Notes under the pieces: model-generated
The model's input: the letters and a program-made list of their open reading frames with translations, nothing else
Told to the model about the DNA's origin: nothing
Databases searched by the model: none
Part shown: one piece after another, positions 56,661 through 64,000 of the stretch
Position numbering within the stretch: the stretch's first letter is position 1
How the letters are laid out: the number at the start of each line of letters is the position of its first letter
Program-made: the position numbers and the translations under genes
Source: Marine Group I thaumarchaeote
Lineage (GTDB): Archaea; Thermoproteota; Nitrososphaeria; Nitrososphaerales; Nitrosopumilaceae
Assembly (NCBI GenBank): GCA_044358425.1
Contig: CP054849.1
Span: 1,081,446-1,145,445 of the forward strand
Length of the DNA: 64,000 nucleotides
Reading direction: 5' to 3'

Positions 56661-58121
56661 TCAAAGGATGTCATCGATTGATTTTTGAAGATCATTTAAT
56701 GATGATTTAATTTTATTTTCTCTTTCAGACATTTCTAATCTCCAACTATTGATTTTTTCAGTTCGATCAGAAATCATTCTTTTTTGTTCATCATATCCTG
56801 AAGAACCAAATGATTTTCGGTCTTTCAAGGATGATATAACACTAGTATTGGAAATTATCTCAGATACTAATTTAGTATCAACTTTAGTTCCTTCTACTGA
56901 TTTTTTAATTTCAGGTGTAGTTAATTTTGAAATAGGTTTTTTGGAATTATGTGCTAGTTGAACTAAGACACCTGCAATTTTATGAGTTACTCTAAATGGT
57001 ACTCCTTCTTGTACTAATTTTTCAGCAATATCTAATGCAATTAAATTACTAGATTCAGTTACTTTTTTCATTTGTTTTTCATTTACTTTCATTGTAAGAA
57101 TTATTGATTTTATAATCAGTAATGCACTAATGGAAATTTTTGATGTTGACCAAATGGATGATTTGATTTGTTGTAAATCACGTCCATAACCAGAAGCTAG
57201 ACCTTTTACGGTAGTTAAAATTGCAGTAAGATTTCCAATTATTTCTGCAGTTTTACCTCTAGTAAGTTCAAGTATATCAGGATTCTTTTTTTGAGGCATT
57301 ACACTTGAAGGTGATGTAAACTCATCAGATAATTCAATAAATGAAAATTCAGATGTTGACCAAATTATAAAATCTTCAGAAATTCTACTTAGATTAGTCA
57401 TTAAAATTGAAACCATTGCAACATACTCTGCTACAAAATCACGTGTACTTGTTGCATCAAGTGAATTTTCAACAACACCATCAAAACCCAACATTTTTGC
57501 AGTACTATGTCTATCAATTGTAATACTTGTACCTCCAACAGGTCCAGCTCCAAGTGGGCTTTGATTAATTCGTTCAAAAGTATCAAACAGTCTTTGAAAA
57601 TCTCGAGATAAAATATCTGCTTGAGCTAAAAGATAATGTGAAAATAAACCAGCTTGAGCTTGTTGAAGATGTGTATAAAATGGAATAATTGTTTTTTGAT
57701 GATTTTTTGAAACAGATACAAGTGATTCTATAGTATCTAAAAGACAATTACAAATTATGTTAATGTCATCTCGAATTTTCATTCTTATATCTAGAACAAC
57801 TTGATCATTTCTAGATCTTGCAGTATGCATTTTTCCGCCGCTTGCCATACCTGATTTTTTTATTACTAGAGATTCAATTAACTCATGAATATCTTCTGCT
57901 CCAGATGAAGAATCAAATTTTTCATTTTTCAAATTTTCTAACGAGGATAGAATTTTTTTTGCATCGTTTTTGGTAATAATTTTATTTTCTAACAGCATTA
58001 CTGTATGTGCCTGACTACCAATAATATCATACAAAGCGATTTGAGAATCATCATCTATTGATGAAACGTAATCTAAAGTGATATTACTCAAATCAGTCCC
58101 TAATCGTGAACGATACATCAA
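56661..58121 (-). CDS. argH: Argininosuccinate lyase
   Basis: EDIH, HTARSRNDQ, YTHLQQAQ, SSVMPQKKNPD motifs. Confidence 0.95.
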   Translation of the reverse strand: MMYRSRLGTDLSNITLDYVSSIDDDSQIALYDIIGSQAHTVMLLENKIITKNDAKKILSSLENLKNEKFDSSSGAEDIHELIESLVIKKSGMASGGKMHTARSRNDQVVLDIRMKIRDDINIICNCLLDTIESLVSVSKNHQKTIIPFYTHLQQAQAGLFSHYLLAQADILSRDFQRLFDTFERINQSPLGAGPVGGTSITIDRHSTAKMLGFDGVVENSLDATSTRDFVAEYVAMVSILMTNLSRISEDFIIWSTSEFSFIELSDEFTSPSSVMPQKKNPDILELTRGKTAEIIGNLTAILTTVKGLASGYGRDLQQIKSSIWSTSKISISALLIIKSIILTMKVNEKQMKKVTESSNLIALDIAEKLVQEGVPFRVTHKIAGVLVQLAHNSKKPISKLTTPEIKKSVEGTKVDTKLVSEIISNTSVISSLKDRKSFGSSGYDEQKRMISDRTEKINSWRLEMSERENKIKSSLNDLQKSIDDIL

Positions 58122-58166
58122 CTAAGATTGTAAAATGGTTATATATAGCATAAATGTTTTTTCGAC

Positions 58167-58511
58167 ATGAGCCAAGATATCAAATTACTTAGGGTCAAAA
58201 TTTTTGATGAATTATCAAAGATTGTAGATCCAGAAATCAACACATCCATTGTGGAATTAGAACTAATTGATGAAGTAGACATCAATGACAGTAACGTCAA
58301 AGTAGATTTGCATCTAACTAGTCCATTTTGTCCAGCAGTTTTTGGTTTCAAAATTTGTCAAGATGTTCATGATTATCTTTTGAAGGTAGATGGTGTAGAA
58401 GATGTCAAAGTAAATGTATCAAATCATTTCATGGCAGAACAAATCAACAATCAAGTAAACAATAGTCCTAATCCAAATAAGATAAATGAACTTCCAAAAA
58501 AAACAGATTAA
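58167..58511 (+). CDS. DUF59/SufT-like Fe-S cluster assembly factor
   Basis: DPEINTSIVEL and LTSPFCP motifs. Confidence 0.88.
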   Translation: MSQDIKLLRVKIFDELSKIVDPEINTSIVELELIDEVDINDSNVKVDLHLTSPFCPAVFGFKICQDVHDYLLKVDGVEDVKVNVSNHFMAEQINNQVNNSPNPNKINELPKKTD

Positions 58512-59275
58512 CTTCTAAATCCTAACAAATATCCTCTAAGGAATTGAATTCCCATTGCTGGATCAACACCTTTTGGACATACTTGACTACATGAACCAGC
58601 AAAATGACATCTCCAAATTCCATGGGATTCATCAATAATGTCTAATCTACTATCTTTTCCTTTATCTCTACTATCAGCAACATATCGATAAGCTTGTGCT
58701 AATGCTTGAGGCCCTACAAATGAAGAATCAGTAGTCATAGTTGGACATGCAGAATTACATAATCCACATTTAATGCAATTTGCAAATTGGATGAAATTTT
58801 CTAATTCTTCAGGAGATTGTAAGAACTCTTTTTCGTTTGATTCTAACTCAGTATCGTCACGGATTAGATAAGGTTGAATTTTATGATGTGTGTCAAACAA
58901 TCGTTCAAACTTTACTGCCAAATCACGGATTACTGGAAAATTATTCATTGGCTCTACAGTTACAACATCAGAATCCAATTCACTGATTTTTGTAAAGCAT
59001 GCTAATCTAGGTTTTCCATTAATCAACATACCACAAGATCCACATGTAGCTTGTCTACAAGAATAACGAACAGCTACTGAATGATCATGATGCTTTTTGA
59101 CATCAAGAATTGCTTCTAGTACTGTTGTCCATTTTTCATAAGATACGTTGAATTCCATAAATTTATTTGAATCATCAGATTCAGGATTAAATCTAGAAAT
59201 TCTTAGCAAGATTGTTTTTGTTGTAGATAATGCATTAGGTACTTGTTCATCTGCAACACTAGAGACTTGAGCCAT
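58508..59275 (-). CDS. sdhB: Succinate dehydrogenase iron-sulfur subunit
   Basis: CRQATCGSC, CIKCGLCNSACP, CHFAGSCSQVCP clusters. Confidence 0.95.
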   Translation of the reverse strand: MAQVSSVADEQVPNALSTTKTILLRISRFNPESDDSNKFMEFNVSYEKWTTVLEAILDVKKHHDHSVAVRYSCRQATCGSCGMLINGKPRLACFTKISELDSDVVTVEPMNNFPVIRDLAVKFERLFDTHHKIQPYLIRDDTELESNEKEFLQSPEELENFIQFANCIKCGLCNSACPTMTTDSSFVGPQALAQAYRYVADSRDKGKDSRLDIIDESHGIWRCHFAGSCSQVCPKGVDPAMGIQFLRGYLLGFRS

Positions 59276-59277
59276 AT

Positions 59278-59622
59278 CTAAGACATCCCCATATTTGTCA
59301 TAATTATTGTTCTTGAGCCATATCCAATTAATGCAATCATTCCTATTACAACACCATACGAAACAGCCTTTTCATAAACCCTGCCTTGTTTTAGTTCTAG
59401 TAAAATAACTCTTAATCCATTAAAACCATGTACTGCTAGTAGAATCAAAATCAATTCAAGCATTATGACATATGGAATTGATCGATAATTTGCTAATACA
59501 TTTTCATAAGATAAAGAGTCTGAAAATCCTGTTGTTAGACGCATCAAAATGTGAACTGCAACTAATCCCACAGATGCTAAAGCAGTCCCATAGTGAATTT
59601 TCATTATTGTACTTTCTTTCAT
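59278..59622 (-). CDS. sdhD: Succinate dehydrogenase membrane anchor
   Basis: Three TM helices, HGFNGLRVIL heme-His motif, operon position. Confidence 0.85.
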   Translation of the reverse strand: MKESTIMKIHYGTALASVGLVAVHILMRLTTGFSDSLSYENVLANYRSIPYVIMLELILILLAVHGFNGLRVILLELKQGRVYEKAVSYGVVIGMIALIGYGSRTIIMTNMGMS

Positions 59623-59623
59623 T

Positions 59624-60055
59624 TTATTCACCAAACATTACTGCCATACCATACATCATTGCAACTGCTGCAAGAACGATGGAAGAGTAAATTCCTATTT
59701 TATGTCGATAATTTTGAGATGCAGGGTCATATGGATAATCTGGTCTGGCAGGCTTTCCCACACCAACTCCACCATGTCCCAACATAATTCTAATTCCATT
59801 TCCAGTATGAAAAACACACATTCCAATTACAAGAACTAGAAATAGATGTCCTTCTGTGGTTTGAGTCATTGCTAGAAAATCATCCCAACCCATTCGACCT
59901 CGTAAAATATTACTTGTTTCATAAACATGTGCAATAAAGTACCCTAACAATCCTAGTCCCGTTAAACGCATTAACAAATATGCTATTCTTTCAATTCCAT
60001 AACGACCAGGATTGGCCATTCCCTTAATGCCTTCTTTATTTTCATCTTGAGTCAT
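59624..60055 (-). CDS. sdhC: Succinate dehydrogenase cytochrome b subunit
   Basis: RLTG, FIAH, FHTGNGIR motifs. Confidence 0.87.
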   Translation of the reverse strand: MTQDENKEGIKGMANPGRYGIERIAYLLMRLTGLGLLGYFIAHVYETSNILRGRMGWDDFLAMTQTTEGHLFLVLVIGMCVFHTGNGIRIMLGHGGVGVGKPARPDYPYDPASQNYRHKIGIYSSIVLAAVAMMYGMAVMFGE

Positions 60056-61768
60056 CTAGTATTTTCTCTCCACTGGTTTGTATTTAGTAATTGTTACAGG
60101 ATGTTTTTTCATTATTGGTTCATTTGGATCGTAATAAGCAAGTGTATGATATAAGAAATTTTCATCATCACGTTTAGGATAATCAGTTCTTGAATGTGCA
60201 CCACGAGATTCTTTACGATTAATGGCACCAACTAAAAGAACTTCAGCGACTCTAAACATAGAATCAAGTTCCATGACATTTGCAAAATTAGTATTGTATT
60301 CTTTTGCTTTATCATCAACATGCTTCCAAGCTAATTTCTTTAATTCACGTATTTTCTTTAGACCATCAACCAAGTCAGTTTCATTTCTATAGACATATGC
60401 TTTATCATTCAAAGTATCTGTAAGTTCTTGTCTTATTTCATATGGATTTACATCTCCATTTCCTCTAAATATTCCATCATAGATTCGCTTCTCTTCTGCT
60501 GCAACTAAATGATGAGGCCATTGATCACTATTGTTATTATTCATGGCATATTCAGCTGCCAATGCACCAGTGATATTTCCCCAAACAATACATTCGGATG
60601 TTGAATTTGCACCTAAACGATTTGAGCCATGAACACTGTTACAAGCCACCTCACCTGCTGCCCAGACACCTTGAATCTCAGTTGCACCATCAATATCAGT
60701 ATGCAATCCACCCATCATGTAATGGCAAACTGGCCTAATGTCAAGCAAATCCTTTGCAGGATCTATTCCTGAAAATTTAATTGATATTTCTCTAATTCCA
60801 CCTAATTTTTCTTTGATTTTTTCATCACCAAGATGTCTCAAATCAAGTTTCATACAATCAGGTCCAGTTTCATGTTTAAATCCACGACCTTCTTGAATTT
60901 CTGTCATAATTGATCTTGATACTATATCACGAGGAGCTAATTCCATTTTTCCTGCAGCGTAAGTTTTCATAAATCTCTCGCCTTGACTGTTAAGCAAATA
61001 TCCACCTTCACCTCTTGCACCTTCAGTAATCAATATTCCAGAAGGTAAAATTCCAGTTGGATGGAATTGTACAAACTCCATATCCTTTAATGCCATACCT
61101 GCACGGTATCCCATATCTAATCCGTCAGGAGTTGAAGAAAGTGCATACGTTGAAAAACTATACAAACGTCCAGCACCACCAGTTGCAATGATTAGTGCTT
61201 TACCTTTAATGGTGTAAAAATTTCCAGAACCTAATTCAATTGCAGTAACTCCCATGAATTTTTTTCCATCATGAATAATTGATGTTACAAACCATTCGTT
61301 TAGATATTCAATGTTATCATATTTCTGACATGTATCATACAGAGTTTGCATTTCAAAGAAACCAACTTTATCAGATGCATATGTTGCTCTAGGAAAACTA
61401 TAACCACCAAAATTTCTTTGATCAATTCTACCATCATCTCTTCTAGACCAAGGCATTCCCCAATGATCTAATTGACGAATTTGTTGGGGCATTTCAACAC
61501 AAAGACGTTCTGCAACATCTTGGTCTGCAAGAAAGTCACTTCCTTTAACAGTATCATAAACATGAGATTCAATTGTATCACCTTCATCTTCAAAAAGAAC
61601 TGCAGCAGTTCCACCTTCTGCAGAAACAGAATGAGAACGCATTACCTGAACTTTAGAAACAACCCCAATCTTGAGATTTGGGCCTTTCTTTGCAGCTGAA
61701 ATTGCAGCTCTTAATCCTGCAAGACCAGAACCACAAATGATAAGATCAAAATCTAATGAATTAGCCAT
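60056..61768 (-). CDS. sdhA: Succinate dehydrogenase flavoprotein subunit
   Basis: GSGLAG, RSHSVSAEGG, QFHPTG, HGSNRLGANS, ESRGAH motifs. Confidence 0.96.
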   Translation of the reverse strand: MANSLDFDLIICGSGLAGLRAAISAAKKGPNLKIGVVSKVQVMRSHSVSAEGGTAAVLFEDEGDTIESHVYDTVKGSDFLADQDVAERLCVEMPQQIRQLDHWGMPWSRRDDGRIDQRNFGGYSFPRATYASDKVGFFEMQTLYDTCQKYDNIEYLNEWFVTSIIHDGKKFMGVTAIELGSGNFYTIKGKALIIATGGAGRLYSFSTYALSSTPDGLDMGYRAGMALKDMEFVQFHPTGILPSGILITEGARGEGGYLLNSQGERFMKTYAAGKMELAPRDIVSRSIMTEIQEGRGFKHETGPDCMKLDLRHLGDEKIKEKLGGIREISIKFSGIDPAKDLLDIRPVCHYMMGGLHTDIDGATEIQGVWAAGEVACNSVHGSNRLGANSTSECIVWGNITGALAAEYAMNNNNSDQWPHHLVAAEEKRIYDGIFRGNGDVNPYEIRQELTDTLNDKAYVYRNETDLVDGLKKIRELKKLAWKHVDDKAKEYNTNFANVMELDSMFRVAEVLLVGAINRKESRGAHSRTDYPKRDDENFLYHTLAYYDPNEPIMKKHPVTITKYKPVERKY

Positions 61769-61840
61769 TTTTAATACAAAAATAGTATTTTTTGGGTTAA
61801 ATATGAAGTATTGTTCAACAGTATACAGAAATATTAAAAT

Positions 61841-61866
61841 ATATCACTAGCGATATCACTAGTGAT
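61841..61866. promoter_or_regulatory. Tandem overlapping palindromic operator (atatcactagcgatat and atcactagtgat)
   Basis: 10-nt direct repeat atatcactag at 61841 and 61853; perfect 12-bp palindrome at 61855-61866 overlapping the padR start. Confidence 0.65.
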
Positions 61867-62374
61867 GATTTCAGAGTGGTTTCAAAGAGTAGGAAGTTCC
61901 ATACCAAGAGGATTTTCAAGATATTTCATTTTGGAATTATTAAAAGAAAAAACATACACAGGAAAAGAAATTATTGATTATGCAGTTGAACAAAGTAATG
62001 GGATTTGGAAACCATCTCCAGGATTAATCTATCCATTATTAGGTAGATTACTAGATGAAAAATTAATTGAAGAGACAAAAGATGGTAGATATCAATTAAC
62101 AAAATATGGTTTAGATACAGCACAGGATGTAGATAAAATCAATGATATTGTTAAAAATCAATTAGATGTTCTTTTTAGATTAGGAAACGCGGGAAGATTT
62201 GTCGCATTAGATTTACTAGAAAAAATTTCATCAATGGGTTCGATTTTAAGTTCAAACTTGACAAATATGACAGATGAAGAAACTAAGAGGTACAGAGAAT
62301 TTCTTCAAAACGAATTAAATAAAATGGATGGAAAAAAAGTAAAGAAAAATGGTAAAGAAATCAAAATAGAATAA
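61862..62374 (+). CDS. PadR family transcriptional regulator
   Basis: ILELL, WKPSPGLIYPLL, YQLT..G motifs. Confidence 0.9.
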   Translation: MMISEWFQRVGSSIPRGFSRYFILELLKEKTYTGKEIIDYAVEQSNGIWKPSPGLIYPLLGRLLDEKLIEETKDGRYQLTKYGLDTAQDVDKINDIVKNQLDVLFRLGNAGRFVALDLLEKISSMGSILSSNLTNMTDEETKRYREFLQNELNKMDGKKVKKNGKEIKIE

Positions 62375-62421
62375 TTAATCTAAAATTAAAATCATAAATA
62401 ATTCAAAAAAATTAGAAACTT

Positions 62422-63288
62422 ATGAAAAAATTATCCAGTATGATTAAATCAAAAAAACCTCTTGTAATTCCAGGAGTATATGATGCCATTGGAGCCAAAA
62501 TTGCAGAAAAAGTGGGATTCAATGCAATGTTTCAAACTGGATATGGAACTTCAGCAACATTGTTTGGAATGCCAGATTATGGATTTATCGGAGCAACAGA
62601 AACAGTAGATAATGCAAGGAGAATCTCAAATGCAATTTCAGTACCACTAATTGTTGATTCAGATACAGGTTACGGAAATGCATTAAGTGTTTGGAAATTA
62701 GTTAAAGAATTAGAGGCTGCAGGGGCTGCAGGAATTTTTCTTGAGGATCAAAAATGGCCTAAAAGGTGTGGTCATATGCAAGGAAAAGATGTAATATCAC
62801 AAGAAGAATATACAGAAAAACTTGGTGCAGCAATTGATGCACGTGAAAACAAAGATTTCATTATTGTAGCTAGAACAGATTCAAGAGCAACTGAAGGATT
62901 AGATAAAGCAATTGAAAGAGGACTACAAAATAAAAAAACAGGTGCGGATGCTGTATTTATTGAAGCACCAAAATCATTAGATGAAATGAAAAGAATTGGA
63001 AAAGAAATCAAAGCACCATTAGTTGCAAATATGATTGAAGGTGGTGCAACTCCAATTAATTCAGCTGAAACTCTGAGTAAAATTGGATTCAACATTATTC
63101 TTTACCCACTATCTGTATTATTTGCAAATACTTTTGCAACAATGAATATTTTACAAGAATTAAAAAATACAGGAACTACTTCAAAATACAAACAAAAAGT
63201 AGTAAATTTTGATCAGTTCAATAATTTAGTTGAATTAGATAAATTCAAAAAAATGGAAACAAAGTACAAATTTTCAAAAAGAAAATAA
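62422..63288 (+). CDS. Isocitrate lyase/PEP mutase superfamily enzyme (PrpB-like)
   Basis: PGVYD, DSDTGYG, LEDQKWPKRCGH, ARTD motifs. Confidence 0.88.
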   Translation: MKKLSSMIKSKKPLVIPGVYDAIGAKIAEKVGFNAMFQTGYGTSATLFGMPDYGFIGATETVDNARRISNAISVPLIVDSDTGYGNALSVWKLVKELEAAGAAGIFLEDQKWPKRCGHMQGKDVISQEEYTEKLGAAIDARENKDFIIVARTDSRATEGLDKAIERGLQNKKTGADAVFIEAPKSLDEMKRIGKEIKAPLVANMIEGGATPINSAETLSKIGFNIILYPLSVLFANTFATMNILQELKNTGTTSKYKQKVVNFDQFNNLVELDKFKKMETKYKFSKRK

Positions 63289-63309
63289 AAAATTTTAAGT
63301 AAAGTACGA

Positions 63310-63597
63310 TTAAGATTCGTTTCTCTTTACTTCAATTTCTATTGTTGAAACATTTCGGGTTCTACCATCTTCAGATTCTAATGATTCTGAATCAATTTTG
63401 ATATTTCCAATGGAATATCCGGCATTTTCAGTTTTTCGTGCAACAATTTGTGCTACATCTACTGCACGACCTATACTAAGTCCCCGAGCTTTGATGTTTA
63501 CGGATGGTACATTTGCTAATTGAATTAGCGTCGATGTTACATATGCCATCAATGGTTTTTTACCAATGAATATGGTGTCTCTTGTTTCAGTGGACAT
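63310..63597 (-). CDS. albA: Alba chromatin/RNA-binding protein
   Basis: IFIGKKPLMAYV, IKARGLSIGRAVDVA, VSTIEI motifs. Confidence 0.95.
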   Translation of the reverse strand: MSTETRDTIFIGKKPLMAYVTSTLIQLANVPSVNIKARGLSIGRAVDVAQIVARKTENAGYSIGNIKIDSESLESEDGRTRNVSTIEIEVKRNES

Positions 63598-63708
63598 GGA
63601 TAATATAGTATTTAACGATAATTTAAAGTTAAAATGAATTTTATATTAAAATTACAAAAAATTGAAAAAATCTAGGATTATTAACTTCAAAATGTAATTT
63701 AACATAAG

Positions 63709-64000
63709 TTGGAAAATATTTTAAGAATCTTAGAGACAGGGCAAAGTCAAAAAAAAATTGAAATTTTAGAAACGCTACATGATACAAATGATTTAAAAAT
63801 ATTACAACAAATTATTTCAAGATTAAATGACGATAGCATAGAAGTTAGGGGTGAAGCATTTAATGCACTTGTATTAAATCAAAATGAAATCTCAAAAATT
63901 TTAATTAAAAATCTTAATTCTACGAATAAAAACATCAAGGCTTTTACATCACTAGTATTAGCAAACAGAAATGATAAAAATGCAATTCCAGAAATTATCA
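63709..64000 (+). CDS. HEAT-repeat protein, 3'-truncated by window edge
   Basis: Open frame from TTG 63709: ...RLNDDSIEVRGEAFNAL...NLNSTNKNIKAFTSLVLA. Confidence 0.78.
   Translation, partial: MENILRILETGQSQKKIEILETLHDTNDLKILQQIISRLNDDSIEVRGEAFNALVLNQNEISKILIKNLNSTNKNIKAFTSLVLANRNDKNAIPEII

Noticed and set aside
2291-63095. Numerous 60-175 aa ORF-track entries antisense to, or in alternate frames of, recognised genes (e.g. 2291-2506, 14498-14884, 25361-25888, 45606-45977, 62772-63095)
   Set aside because: Shadow ORFs of well-supported genes; no motifs and composition typical of antisense reading
1-64000. Mobile elements, prophage, defence systems, CRISPR arrays
   Set aside because: No transposase, integrase, cas, restriction-modification or viral hallmark ORFs and no terminal inverted repeats seen

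Overview
AT-rich, densely coded core-chromosome region of an ammonia-oxidising archaeon (Nitrososphaerota/Thaumarchaeota, Nitrosopumilus-like). The assignment is inferred from the archaeal information-processing genes, the acetyl/propionyl-CoA carboxylase of the 3HP/4HB cycle, an 11-subunit complex I lacking nuoEFG and a stand-alone 5S rRNA. The window holds rps13-rps4-glmS, cobT, rpoN-eno-rps2-mvk-ipk-idi-GGPPS-gltX, a pentose-phosphate operon with a transketolase-N/RPE fusion, ABCE1, nuoABCDHIJKMLN, accDCB, rfcL, sdhACDB, six tRNAs and 5S rRNA. I found no CRISPR array, integrase, transposase or prophage. The most interesting signals are: a 'hypothetical' protein that aligns by eye to the isoprenyl-diphosphate-synthase fold (51318-52445); a HemA paralog lacking the catalytic Cys, paired with a coiled-coil protein; a CADD-type self-sacrificing pABA synthase homolog; three Cys/His micro-ORFs missed by the ORF track; a small basic TGRGTG-repeat protein; a DPM2-like membrane protein; a double palindromic operator at padR/sdh; and non-canonical tRNA T-arms. 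All family assignments come from motif recognition, not database searches.
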